The notes under the pieces are model-generated. The model saw only the letters and a list, made by a program, of their open reading frames with translations. It had not been told where the DNA came from and searched no databases. This document shows positions 26,136-39,499 of a stretch of DNA of 64,000 nt, one piece after another. How positions within the stretch are numbered: position 1 is the first letter of the stretch; each line of letters begins with the position of its first letter. The translations under genes were made by a program, and so were the position numbers. This stretch comes from Malacoraja senta (lineage: Eukaryota), in the NCBI GenBank assembly GCA_038087875.1, contig CM075991.1, positions 1,860,001 through 1,924,000 on the forward strand, written 5' to 3'.

Positions 26136-26539
26136 ATAAATATAGAGTATAATTATAAATATAATGTTAATTGATCACCGAATACTTTCAACATTCTCAA
26201 TGAACTCACAGTTCCAAATCTGCAATACAATCAAAGTCAAGAAGGACCGCAGCATTCTCCCAGCGGCCAATTGCAGCGAAGACACCAGGACATCAACTGA
26301 ACACCCACTACGGGCATAGAATGGTCTCTCCAAAATCTTCCGACACACTAACGTATCTGAGAGTTAATTCTTTGATAACTGTTTTCATAGTAAATGATGT
26401 TTTGCTCCAAACAACCAATAGATTGTGAACGAAGTAAGGCGTGAACTGCAGTCTGCTCTAATGCACCAATGAGAAAGAACCTGCCCATTAATGGGTTTAT
26501 CGGATCCATTTTCTTTCTTTCGCCTTCTCTTGAGAAACC

Positions 26540-27460
26540 AATGAAGGGATTAAAAGTAACATTAACAAATTTGCAGATGACACAAAGCTGGGTTGCAGTG
26601 TGAACTGTGAGGGGGATGCTGCAGGGTGACTTGGACAGGTTGGGTGAGTGGGCAGATGCATGGCAGATGCATTTTAATGTGGATAGATGTGAGGTTATCC
26701 ACTTAAGTGGCAAAAACGGGAAGGTAGATTATTATCTGAATGGTGTCAAGTTGGGAATAGGGGAAGCACAACGAGATCTGGGGGGGGGGGGTCCTTGTTC
26801 ATCAGTTACTGAAAGTAAGCTTGCAGGTACAGCAGGCAGCGAAGAAAGTGAATGGCATGTTGGCCTTCATAACAGGAGGAGTTGAGTACAGGAGCAAAGA
26901 GGTCCTTCTGCAGTTCTACAGGGCCCTAGTGAGACCACACCTGGAGTATTGTGTGCAGTTTTGGTCTCCAAATTTGAGGAAAGACATTCTTGCTATTGAG
27001 GGAGTGCACCTTAGGTTCACAAGGATAATTCCCAGAATGGCAGACAGTGGTATGTTGATAGAATGGAGCGGCTGGGCATGTATACCGTGGAATTTAGAAG
27101 GATGAGAGGGTATCTTATTGAAACATATCAGATTATTAAGGTTTTGGACACGCTAGGGGCAGGAAACATGTTCCCGATGTTGGGGGAGTCCAGAACCAGG
27201 GGCCACTGTTTAAGAATAAGGGGTAAGCCATTTAGAACGGAGATCAGGAAAAACCTTTTCACACAGAGAGTTGTGAGTCTGCAGAATTCTCTGCCTCAGA
27301 GGCTGGTTCTCTGGATGCTTTCAAGAGAGAGCTAGCAGAGTCAAGGGATATGGTGAGAAGGCAGGAACGGGGTACTGATTGTGGATGATCAGCCATGATC
27401 ACAGTGAATGGCAGTGCTGGCTCGAAGGGACGAATGGCCTACTCCTGCACCTATTGTCTA
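26540..27460 (+). mobile_element. CR1 LINE 3' portion
   Basis: KFADDTKL, WQMHFNVDRC, LVRPHLEYCVQFWSP, CR1 tail. Confidence 0.9.
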
Positions 27461-29259
27461 ATATCTATTGAACTTGAAATGAGTCACCGAGCCGATACCT
27501 GCATCCAAGAAGCATACAGTTAAAGAAGCTTACCGTCAGAGAGGAGATGGTTGATCCCATTGTCCACAGTGTGATCCAGACCATGTGGGTGCTCTTCTCA
27601 TTTCCATCGTTCCACCACCAGGGACTTTGTCAATTTGTAAACAATTCAGAGCACCCAGCCCACCCGCACTCTCAGCACCCGCCTGAAAATACCACACCAT
27701 GCCGAATGCAGTTTAAATTCATTTTTATTGTGCCCTGTATCACAGTCTCCAATGTAGAAGAGAACAAAAATGCTTCATGCTCTCATGTTTTTATGTTTAT
27801 GTCATAGGAGTAGAATTAGGCCGTTTGGCCCATCAATTCTATTCCACAATTCAATCTTGGTTGATCTTTCCCTCTGAACCCCATTCCCCCACCTTCTTCC
27901 TAACATTTTACACCCTTGTTAATTAATAACCTTTCAATCTCTGCTTTAAAAATACCCAATGCCTTGGCTTCCACAATCATCTCAGGCAATTAATTCCACA
28001 GATAAACTAATGTCTGGCAAAATAATATTCTCATCATCATTCTAAAATGATGTCCTTTTATTCTGAGGCTGTGCCCTGTGGGCCTAGATTTTCCCACTAC
28101 TGGAAATATCCTCTCAACATCCACTCTATGTGGTCCTTTCATTATTTAGTAGGTTTCAATGAGATTCCTACTCATCCTTCTAAACACACACAAGTCCAGG
28201 CCCAAAGCCCTCACAGGCTCCTCATACGTTAACCCACTCCTCCTTCGGATCATTCTCATCAATCTCTTCTGGACTCTCTCCAATGCTAGAAAATCAGATA
28301 TGTGGACCAAAACTGTTCACAAAACTCCAAATGCAGTCTGACTGGGCATCCTATAAAGCATCAGCATTGCATCCCTGCTTTTATATTCTAGACTTCTCAA
28401 AATAATTGCTAACATGACATTTGCCTTCCTTACTACCGATTTAACTTGCAAATTAATCTTTTGGGAACACTCCACCAGCACTCCCAAGTCCATTTGCATC
28501 TCAGATTTCTGAATTCTCTCCCTATTTACAAAATACTTTTGTCCTACTATCAAAGTGCATGACTGTACACTTTGCTGCACCATATTCTATCTTCCACCTC
28601 TTCCAACCTGTCCTTCTGCAGACTCCTGCTTCTCTACATTAGCTACTCCTCCACTTATCTTTGTATCATCTGCAAACGGCCAAATATCCATCAATTTCCT
28701 CATCCAAATCATTGATAAACTATGTGAAGTGGCCTCAACCCGACCCCAACGGAACACCATGAGTCACTAGTAGCCTATCACAAAAAGTCCCTTTTTCCCA
28801 CTCGTTGCCTTCTGCCATTCAGCCAACCTGCTATCCATGCAGGTATCTTCCCTCTAATACCTTGTGCTCTCATCTTGTTTAGCAGCATCACATGGGGCAA
28901 GTTATCCATCTGTCATAGTCATACAGCATGGAAACAGGCTCGACAGCCCTAATTGTCCATGTTCACCAAATTGCCCATCTAAGGTGGTCTCATTTGCACA
29001 CATTTGACCCATATGGCTCTAAACCTTTCCTTTCATGTATCTCTCCATGTGTCTTTTAAATGCTGTTATAGTACTTGCCACAGCTGCTGTACCTCCTCTG
29101 GCAGCTCGTACCAGAAAACCCACCATTCTCTGAGTAAAAAGATGTCCCTCGGATTTCTAATAAAATTTCTCGTCTCCTTAAACCTTTGTCATCTGGTTAT
29201 TGATTTCCCTACGATAGATAAAAGATTGTGCATTAATGGAAAGGGCCGTGTGTCAGATG

Positions 29260-29353
29260 CTGTGGGGGTGGGGTGGGTCTGGTGCTGTGTGGGGGGGAGG
29301 GGCAAATGCTGTGTGTGGGGGAGGGGCAAGTGCTGCATGGGGGGGAGGGGGAG
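29260..29353. repeat. G-rich 24-bp tandem repeat
   Basis: TGCTGTGTGGGGGGGAGGGGCAA repeated about three times. Confidence 0.8.
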
Positions 29354-31644
29354 TTGATTAAGAGGATAACATAAATTCTGCACTAAGTTGTGTGTGAGTC
29401 TTGTGATTGTTTTTGGTGGGTGAGCATGAGAAAAGGAAATAGACAGGGAGTGCATGTGACCTCTGTGGATCACCCTATATAGTTTAAACCCACCCATATA
29501 GTAGAGCCTACCTGCTTGCCGGGATAATTGTTCCCTTCCAGTTCAGGTGCAACTCATCCTTCTCGTACAGGTCTGGATCAATTGGCCTGGTGGGCGGAGG
29601 AATGGTTGATGGAATTTAATACTGAGAAGTGTGAGGTGTTGCATTTTAGGTAGTTGAACAAGGGCAGGACCTACACGGTAAATGATAGACCTCTGGGTAG
29701 TGTTGTAGAGCAGAGGGATCTAGGAGTACAGGTGCATGGTTCTTTGAAGGTCGAGTCGCAGGTGGGTAGAGTGGTCAAAAAGGCTTTTGGCACTTTGGCC
29801 TTCATCAGTCAGATTGAGTATAGAAGTTGGGAGGTCATGTTGCAGTTGTATTAGATGTTGGTGAGACCGCATTTAGAACATTGTGTTCAGTTCTGGGCAC
29901 CATGTTATAGGAAATATATTGTCAAGCTTGAAAGTGTTCAGAAAAGATTTATGAGGATGTTGCCATGACTGGAGGGTGCAAGCTATAGAGAGAGGTTGAG
30001 TAGGGCGATCTTATAGAGGTGTACAAAATCATGAAAGGAATAGATCAGGTAGATGCACTGTCTCTTGCGCAGAGTATGGGAATTGAGGACCAGATTACAT
30101 AGGTTCAAGGTGAAGGGGAAAAGATTTAGACAGGAGCATGGATAGGACACGTTTGGAGGGATATAGACCAAGCACAGGCAAGTGAGACTAGTGTAGCTGG
30201 GACATTGTTGGCTGGTGTGGGCAAGTTGGGCTGAAGGGCCTGTGTCCACACTGTATCACTGTATGACTCTATGATTCTATGTAACCAAAAAGGTTGATGG
30301 CAGAGCTGTAGACATTTTCTACATAGATTTCAGCAAGGCATTTGACGAGGTTGCACATGGTAGGCTGTTCTGGAAGTTTGATCGCATGGGATCCAAAGAT
30401 AGCTAATGGCCTGGATAGAAAATTGGCTTCATGGATGGAAACATGCGATGGTGGAACATTGGTTTTTGGACTTGGGGACTGATTAGTGGCATGCTTCAAG
30501 GATTGGTGCTGGATCCATTGCTGTTTGAGGTTCACATCAACAATTTGGATGTGAACTTACAAGGCATGGTAAGTAAATTTGCAGATTACATTCAAGTGGC
30601 TGGTGTTGTAGACAATGAAAATGGTTGTCAACAAGTGCAGCAGGATCTTGATCCGTTGGCAAGGAGGCAGCAGAATGGTTAATAGAGTTTACTGCAGATA
30701 AATGTGAGGTACAGCATTTCGGGAACTTTAATCAGGGCGGGTTCTTCACTATAAATGTCAGGACTGGGGAGTTTTACAGAGCAGAGATCTCGGAATGCAG
30801 GTGAATAGTTCATTGAAATTGGTAGCACTGGTTGACAAGGTGGTCAAAAAGGATTTTGGCACTTTGGCCTTCATCAATCAGGATTTTGAGGATATAAGTT
30901 TGGATGTTTCAGCTGTACAAGGTGCTAGTGAGGCCACAGTTGGGGTATTGTGATCAGAGTTGGTCACCCAGCTGTAGAAGATGTTGTTAAACTAGAAAGA
31001 ATGTAGAGATTTACCTGTACAAGGATGTTGTCAGGAACTGAGGGACTGAGCTATAAGGACTGGATGGGCAGGGTAGGACTGTATTCTGTGGAGAGTGCAT
31101 GGATGAGAGGTGATCTTATAGAGTTGTATATGATCATGAGAGGTATGGATAGGATGGATAGTCTATTACCCATGTAGGGGAATCAAGAACCAGAGAATTA
31201 GGTTTAAGGTGAGAGGGGTAATATTTAATAGGAATCTGAAGGGGAACTTTTTCCAAACACAGGGTGATGGGTACAAGAGATGAGCTGCTGGTGGACTGTA
31301 ATTGAGGCAGAAACAATAACATTTAAAAGACATATGCACAGGTACATGGAAAGGAAAGGTTTAGAGGGATTATGGGCCAAACTTGGCCAGGTGGAACTAG
31401 TGTAGATGGGGCACATTGGTTGTCATGGGCTAGCTGGGTCAAAGGGCCTGTTTCTTTTCTGTATGACTCGGAGATACCCTAAGACACCCCACCTTGTAGC
31501 TATGACCTCTAGTGTTGGACTTTTCCACCCTTGGATAAAAGGTTCTGACCACCTACCCTATCCATGCCTCTCATAATTTTGTTTACTTCTATCAAGTCTC
31601 TCCGCAACCTCTGACATTCCAGAGAAGAAAATTCAAGTCGTGGA

Positions 31645-31917
31645 AACCCGGACAACTGGCAACTGAAACATCTTTTCACCAGAGAGAGTGCAGTCCTGAC
31701 CTCCCATCTACCACATTGGAGACTTTTGAACTATCTTTAATAAACTTTATCAGACTTTTTCTTGCACTGAATGTTGTCCCCTTTATCTTGTACCTCGACA
31801 CTGTGGACAGCATGATTGTAATCATGTATAGTTTTTTTCATTGACTGGATGGCATGCAACAAAAAGCTTTTCACTGTTCCTGAGTGTATGTGACAATAAT
31901 AAACTAAACTAAACTAA
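31645..31917 (+). mobile_element. LINE 3'UTR fragment (probably Rex1/Babar type) inside CR1
   Basis: AAAGCTTTTCACTGT...TGTGACAATAATAAACTAAACTAAACT, homologous to 38092-38356. Confidence 0.65.
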
Positions 31918-32095
31918 TCAGGTAGCATTCTGGTAAATCTCCTCTGCACCCTCTCGAAAACCTCCACATCTTATGAACTATCTTTCCGGTAGTGGGGCGA
32001 CCAGAACTGTAGACAATACTTCAAATGGGGCCTAACCAAAGTCCTATGTAGCTGTATCGTGACTCCCAGACTCTTACATCAGGTAATTTATACAT

Positions 32096-32355
32096 TGTGA
32101 CAACATGTCCACTTTAAGGTCCGCTCCGATTCCCAGCCACGAGCAAACGAGCAACAGTTGGATCTGATTAATGGTTATTGGACCAATTCATCTGATCCTT
32201 GTCCTTATAAACCCTGGGGGAGAGGGAGGTGGGAGAGGGATGATCTTGTTTTGTGAAATAAAGCCCATTCTGTGAGTTCACCTTACTGTGTGTTCCAGCG
32301 TGTTTATTGCTGATGTGGTGTCATGACCAATGCCACATTGGTGGAAAATGTGGGC
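32096..32355 (+). mobile_element. LTR with primer binding site (tRNA-Ala-like), Gypsy-type relic
   Basis: TGTGACA...TATAAA...AATAAA...CCACA (32337), then TGGTGGAAAATGTGGGC, close to the complement of the tRNA-Ala(AGC) 3' end (TGGTGGAGAATGCGGGC). Confidence 0.7.
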
Positions 32356-32619
32356 CTGAGTCCTGAGTCCTGAGGGACTGATCTGGCATTTATTTGAGAC
32401 CAGCATTGAATAACAGTGAGTTGCCTGAGAACTATAGCAGCAACCCAAGAGTAGACCCATAACTTTGCTTGGGTAACAGAATCAGAGAGAGAGAGCGAGA
32501 GAGAGAGAGAGAGAGAGAGAGAAAACTGTCCTATGTTCAGGTCGGGGATGAAGTTTCTGTATAATTATTTATGTTCACTGTACTTTTTATCGTCACTATT
32601 TTTTGCTGATGTTCATAAG

Positions 32620-35463
32620 TTACAAGAGCAGAATTAGGCCTACTCTCCACCTAGTAGGCACAACACCGCTAGTCACTGGCAGCCAACCAGAAAAAGCCAC
32701 CTATATTGCCATTTTTTGCCTTCTGTCCTCCAGCCAACCTGCTATCCATGCTAGTATCTTCCCCCAATCCCTGATACCATGGGCTCTCATCACCTTTCAC
32801 AGCTTCACACATGGCACTTTATCAAAGGCCTTCTCAAAATCCAGGTAAACAACATCCACTGACTTTCCTTTGTCTATCCTACTATTTAATCCCTCAAAGA
32901 ATTCCAACAGGCTCATCAGGCTAGATCTCCTTTTTCACAAAACCATGCTAACTTTGGCTTATTTTATCATGTGTTTTTAAGTACTGTACTCAGAATCCTC
33001 ATCCTTTGGACTCGCTAATCTTACCAACCACTGAAGTCAGGATAACCGGCCAAGTGTTTCCTCTCTTTTTTTGCTCCAGAATTGAATAGCGGAGTAATAT
33101 TTACAATTTTCCAATCGACTGGAAGCATTCCTGATTTTAGTGATTCTTGAAATATCACTACTAATGCCTCAAATCTCTAAAGACACCTCTATCAGAACCC
33201 TGGGGTGCAGTCCATCCGGTCCAGGTGACTTATCCACCTTTAGACCTTTCAGCTTCCCAAGCACCTTCTCCTTGGTAATAGCCACGGCGCTAACTTTTAC
33301 CTCCTAACTCTTGTATTTCAGGCACATTGCTGGTGCCTTCCACTGTGAAGAATGATGCTAAAAACATATTCAATTCATCTACCATTTCTATATTCCCCAT
33401 TATCACTTCTCCAGCATAATTTTCCAGTGGTCCAAAGTCCACTCTTGTCTCTTTCTTACACGTTATGTATCTGAAGATACTTCTGATATCCTATTTTATA
33501 TTACTGGCTAGCTTGCATTCATATTTAATCTTTTCGCCTCATATTGGCTTTTTAGTTACCTTCTGTTGTTTTTTAATAGCTTCCCAAACCTCTAGCTTTC
33601 TACTAATCTTTTCAAAGTTTTTTCCCTTTTCTTTTAGTTTTTTTTACTGTTTCTGACTTCCCTTGTCACCACGGCCATCTCATTTTCCTCTTAGAATCTT
33701 TCTTCCTCTTTGAAATGAAAAGATCCTCCATCTTCTGAATTATTCCCTGAAATTCCTGCCATTGCTGTTCCATTGTCATTCCAGCTCGGGTCCCTTTCCA
33801 ATCTCTGGAAATTAATTTGCAGCAACCAAACTGAATGGTACCCTTCCATTGTTCAGCATGTGGTATTATGGATATGTGGCGACAAATCCCTATTTCCGAA
33901 TTGGATTGGGACATCTACCATGGGATACCTAGCCCCTAATGTTTGGGGAATTAAAACCCTCCAGACTCACTTGATCAGGAATCATAGTCATCCATCCCCA
34001 GGGAAGGGTAGATGCTGAAGAGAGTTGAAAATCCACTTGTTGTCTGCAATACAGGGTTCCACAGATTCCTCCGCACCCTGATACCTGGCCTGGGAGTAAA
34101 CGAGCTGGAGAAAGCAATCATGGAACAAATAGAGAACAGGACGGTAGATGCGATGTTGGCTCTTCACTCCGAAGTCCAGTCTCTGTCCAAGATGGTTATT
34201 CAAAATCGGATGGCTCTGGACTTTCTCCTATTGGCCCAGGGGGAGGGTGTGCAACGCTCAACGAATCCTGTAGTTTCTTCTCTAACCAAGGACAAACAAA
34301 TGAAACTGATGAAAGGATTATTCAAGATCATATCCACACCTTGCACAAGATTTCAGAAATTACACATTTTGACTGGTGGGGATGGCTCCCTGACCTAGGA
34401 AACTGGTCTGGAGGGCTCTTTAAGACCATTTTAAAATATGCTATTAATATTTCAGCCGCTGTTGTCACCATATATGTACTGTTCCAGCTATCACTCTGCC
34501 TCATTCGAGCTCTCTGCTCATCAAAACCGCACTCCCGTCTCAGTGCTGAGAACCACAACACATTATGCTTCAATATGATCTTGATCACGCTATCATGCAA
34601 CTCATAAATATCCTCCAGTATGATGATACTGATAATACGGACTAACATTTTTATTCAAGGTTTCAAGGTCAAGTTCAGTTTATTGTCACATGTAAAGCAA
34701 GAATTTCATTGTCCTATCAGGGACACATGACAATAAACTCTCTTGGATCTTGAATCTTGAATCTCTTGACATGTACCATTTAATGTACAGTGAAATTTGC
34801 GTTACCATACAGCCATACTAAGTCCTGTTGGGACAAAAAAGCGGGATTGTGGGAATTGTGGGAAGAACTGAGCTGCTCTTCCATTTTGTCTTTCAACATG
34901 GGCAGCACTTCACTCTGTGGGAATCGAACTTTACTCCAGTGAATAGCTAAACAGGCCTGGTGCTGGTGGTCCATAGAGACAAAGGTTTGCTTAATACAAA
35001 GAGGTGCTTATGAACTCAAGGCTACACCGAGACTGCCTTATCTTCCCACATACTTAAACAAGCCTGTTTCTCAGTGGAAAGTTACTGAACGCTGGATCAC
35101 AATAGGTAACCCTGTTCCATCGTCATTCCAGCTCGGGTCCCTTTCCAATCAACTTTAGCCAGCTCCTGCCTCATGCTTCTGTAGTCACCATTGCTCAATA
35201 GTATTACCGACACATCCAATTTCTTCTTCTCCCTCTCAAATTGAAGGTTAAATTTTGTCACTATCTCCTAGTGGTTCCATTAACTTAAGCTGCCTAATCA
35301 AATCTGGTTCATTACACAATACCAAATCCAGAATTGCTTTTTCCCTGGTAGGCTCAACTACAAGCTGCTCTAAAAACTCATTTCTGAGGCACTCTACAAA
35401 TTTGCTCTCTTGGGACCAGCAGCAACCTGTTTTTTCCAGTCGACCTGCATGTTTAAATCCAGA
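32620..35463 (-). mobile_element. CR1 LINE (EN-RT fragment) split by ERV insert
   Basis: FLEQLVVEPTREKAILDLVLCNEPDL and KSPGPDGLHPR on the minus strand. Confidence 0.85.
33804..35111 (+). mobile_element. env: Endogenous retrovirus fragment: env (SU end + TM), PPT and start of 3' LTR
   Basis: LWICG...PNWIGTSTMGYLAP, GFHRFLRTLIPGLGVNELEKAI, heptad repeat, ISD VIQNRMALDFLL, frameshifted CATLNESC, WWGWLPDLGNW plus TM helix. AAAAAAGCGGGAT|TGTGGG at 34848. Confidence 0.88.
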
Positions 35464-35905
35464 CTTGGCCCGGCATGCCCACCGTGGGCCAAGGACCCGC
35501 GCTGTAGACCCCGCCAGGAAAACCCAGCTCCCCGCCCAGAGTGGAAGGAGGACCTGTAAGCAGCTTGGTGGTGGGAGGGAGTGCAGTGCCTCGACAGTGG
35601 AGTGGGCCACCAGGGCCATGCAGCAGCCTGGGGCTCGCTGGATCGGACGCTGCTCCAAGATGCCGAGCACATGGACCGGACGTGGCCTGCAGCTTGCAAA
35701 CTAGGACTTGAAAAGGGTTCAAAAACTGGCGACTCTGTATACTGTCTCAGCGTACTCATGCTATTAACGTACTGTATCTGAGATACATCTAAGTGCAAAG
35801 ATGTATCTAAGTGCGTGTGTTTCATGATACTTGCACTGTACTGTATACAAAAATGAATTTCACCGTAACTCGGTACTTTAGACAAATAAAGTACAAAGTA
35901 ATACC
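35464..35905 (+). mobile_element. GC-rich non-autonomous retroposon fragment with LINE-type tail
   Basis: Ends GAATTTCACCGTAACTCGGTAC...ACAAATAAAGTAC. Confidence 0.55.
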
Positions 35906-36154
35906 TATGAGTTTTCTTGATGTTTTAAATCACCTTGAGACTGAATGATGCTGCAGTCTCTGCTGCTGAGCAAGCGTATTGCCACGATGTGTCCACTGTA
36001 GAACTGCGCATCTTCAGAGGTCTCCAGGTAAGGTTTTTTGCTTTCAGAGATATTTATTTATTTAACTAACTGGATAATTGTTGCTGAAAGTGTGAACTGA
36101 AAATGGTGAGAAACTAACAAAGGAAGAACTATCTCAAGTCCCGGGATCATTGAA

Positions 36155-36420
36155 AGTGAGGGGGAGGTGTCTGTGACAGCACCTTCTCCCTTTGGGGAGT
36201 TGCTCTGATTCTTTTAACTGGCTGATAGGCCAGGAGAGGCCAATTCCCAGCATTATTGCTCTTGATTATCCACTTGAACCACGTCAGCCACTCGCTATAA
36301 AACCCAGGAACTTGAGCCGGAGTGAGTGACAGGGAGAAGGAGAAGAGAAGAAGCAGGAGAGAAAGTGGAAGATGGAAGGAAGAAAGAGAGAGAGGAAGGG
36401 AGACAAAGTGGGCTACCTCC
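36155..36420 (+). mobile_element. Probable 3' LTR relic with polypurine tract
   Basis: AGTGAGGGGGAGGTGTC|TGTGACA...CTATAAAA. Confidence 0.45.
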
Positions 36421-37679
36421 CTCCTAGCTGTGTTCTACTGTTGCAGGTACAAGGAAGACTGAGCTACCATGACAGACCCGAGGCCACAGTGCGATCAAAA
36501 TAGTTGGGGGGGACCTCATATAAACGAACCAAACAGTGAAAGGCTTGGATAGAGTGGATGTGGAGAGGATGTTTCCACTAATCTGAGATCTAGGACTAGA
36601 GGTCATAGCCTCAGAATTAAAGGATGTTCCTTTAGGAAGGAGATGAGAAACATTTCTTCAGATGAGAAAAAGTCAGAGGGTGGTGAATCTGTGGAATTCT
36701 TTGCCACAAAGGCTGTGCAGGCAGTCAATGGATAGTTTTAAGGCAAGGATAGATAGATTCTTGATTAGTTAATTTTTCTCCCTTGCCTTGAGTGAAAGAC
36801 CTAAAGTTCCCATCCAGCAACAGTGTGGGAATAACTTCACTGGAAGCTGGCTGACCATCCAACTCTCAAAGGAAATTAGGAATGGATAACATGTACCAGG
36901 TTGTCAATAAATAATTGGTTTAAAATAAATGAAAAGGAGAGATGGTAGAAATTAATTGAACATTATTTTAGTATAAATGAGAACAATGTGAAGTACTGTT
37001 GGAATAATTTACATGAGATGTGAATAACAGTTAACTTCTTTATTCTCAATAACTTGTCAGACCAGGAGTACAGTCAAACAAGAGACTTTTCTACAGACAG
37101 AAAACATGCAACCTTTTTATATCATTTGTGACAGGGAAAGATGTGGAGTGGGTCACGTAAAGTTGTTTACATGGTTAACTGTACTGCTCTTACCCATAGA
37201 AACACAGCCTTATCACTGAAGAGCAAGATGTGTAAGGTCAGAGTGATTAGACATGCGCAGCCTAGCACTGATGGAACACTTCTGGAATAGTTCAATTCCC
37301 ACAGAATTGAAATGCTGGAAACACTCAGCAGGCCGGGCAATGTTTGTAGACTTGGAACAATGTTGCTTTTGCCCAGTGACTTTCTGTCTGCACCAATAAG
37401 TGTGATCGAAGTGAAAGGCTCGAGATAAGTGGTGAGGTAAAGGAACAGGGATAGGAGAAGGGATGATAGAATCAAAGTTAAGGAATGTGGAGAGAAAGGC
37501 AGATCAGGCAACATATAGGATAATGCTGTCAGCTATTCCCAGAAAAATCGTTTTGAATTCAATGTGGAATCAAAATCATATAATGACCCAAATTAAAAGA
37601 TGAATTGCAGATCTTTAATTTTTCCTGGGCTCTAAATGTCACAAAGAGGTAGATAAATCCAGGCATGTTGGAAAATTTG

Positions 37680-38855
37680 AGGAACATAGAATATAGAACA
37701 GCACAGCACATGAACGAGCCCTTCAACTCGCATTGTTTGCACCGAACACGATGCCTCGTTAAACTGATCTCATCTGCCTGTATATGATCCACATTCCTCT
37801 TTTCCCTGCACTTCCATTTTACAATCTAAAAGCCTCTTAAACACTATCTTATCCACCTCCACCACCGCCCTTGATGTTCCATTGTGTTCCAGACCCCACC
37901 ACTCTCTGTGTAAAGAAAAAAAATGCCCTGCCCTCTAGTGTTGGACATTTCCACCCTTGGACAAACATTTCTGACTTTACCCTATCAAAACCTCACCTAA
38001 TTTTATATACTTCTTTCAAGTCTGCCCTCAATCTCCGATGTTCCAGAGAGAACAATCCAAATCTATCCATCGTCTCTCTGTAGCTGAAAACCTGACAACT
38101 GGCAATTTAACTGTCCTCACACCAGCTAGAGCGGTCCTGACCTCTCATCCCATTGGAGACCTTTAGAGAACTATATTTAATGGATTCTATCAGTCTTTAT
38201 CTTGCAATAAATGCTATCCCCCTTATCCTGTATCTGTACACTGTGGGGGGCTTGATTGTAATTATGTACAGTCTTTTCATTGACTGGATAGCATACAACA
38301 AAAGGGTTTTCACTGTTCTTCAGCACATGTGACAACAATAAACTAAACTAAACTAATTTAGACACCATTCTGGTAAAACTGCTGTTCATCATCTCCAAAA
38401 CCTTCACATATTTCCTGCAATGGGGCAACCATACCTGCACACAATACTCCAAATGCGGCCAAACCAAAGCCCTACGCAAGTGCATCATGACTTCCTGACT
38501 CTTGTATTCAATGCCACTAGCAGTGAAGGCAAGCATACCATACACCTTCTTTACCACCTTCTTTATCTACTCGTGCTGCCACCTTCTGTGAACTATGAAC
38601 TTGGACTCCAAGATCCATCTGTATATCAATGCTGTTAAGGATCTAGCCATTAACTGTATAATCTCTCATTGCATTAAATCTCCTACTTGCTCAGGTTAAA
38701 ATCCACTTGCCATTTCTCAACCCATTTCTGCAGCTGATGTGGATTCCACAGGATCTTCTTACAGAATTCCTCACTATATGAAATGTCCAATTTTGGTGTC
38801 GTCCACAAACTTACACACAAACCCATCGACATTTACATTTTGGTCATTTATATAT
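37680..38855 (-). mobile_element. CR1 3' fragment carrying a second Rex/Babar-like tail (38092-38356)
   Basis: LVWPHLEYCVQVW, tail CATAGAA. Confidence 0.8.
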
Positions 38856-38899
38856 AAATGATAATACATTTGTTGAAAATAATGCCCTATGGACTTCTG

Positions 38900-39340
38900 G
38901 TTCAGGTCAGGTCTGAACTTCAAGATCCTCCTCCATGTCTACAAAGCCCTCAATGGGTTTTCCCCCACCTACATAAAAAAGTCTTCTCACCCACCACTCC
39001 ACCTCCAGGCCCCTCAGATCGGCCGACTTGGGGTTGCTGAATATCCCGCGGTCTAGGCATAAGCTCAGGGGCGACCGCGCCTTTGCGGTTGCAGCCCCTA
39101 GACTGTGGAACAGCATCCCCTTTCCCATCAGAACTGCCCCCTCCATCGACTCTTTTAAGTCAAGACTAAAGACTTATCTATACTCCCAAGCCTTTCTTGA
39201 CGCCCTCTGAGTGAGGGCTAACTGTATATATGTATGTAGTTTGTTTTGTTTGTGCTATTCTTATGACAAATGTAAAACACTTTGGCCAACAAGAGTTGTT
39301 TTTTAAATGTGCTATATAAATAAATGTGACTTGACTTGAC
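38900..39340 (+). mobile_element. L2 LINE 3' fragment
   Basis: GDRAFAVAAPRLWNSIP. Tail GCTATATAAATAAATGTGACTTGACTTGAC. Near-identical to the 3' end of 51561-52835. Confidence 0.9.
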
Positions 39341-39499
39341 ACAGGGATTAAGTTTCTGTATAATTAGTAATGTTTGCTGTATTTTTATCCTTACCATTTT
39401 TTGCCGATGTTTCAATTATTTAATAGAATTTTGATGTTTCCTGCCATCTTGAAGCTTCCATGGATCTGACCCCTTGCATAGAGGGCAATAGATATGAAT

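Larger units (their letters stand above)
27800..32080. mobile_element. Cluster of decayed CR1 fragments in both orientations (- 27800-29230; + 29575-31470; - 31500-32080)
   Basis: QRDLGVQVH, SKFADY, DFSKAFD and repeated CR1 3' tails. Confidence 0.8.

Noticed and set aside
26260..26480. Three CCAAT motifs as a promoter
   Set aside because: Short motifs expected by chance, with no linked transcription start
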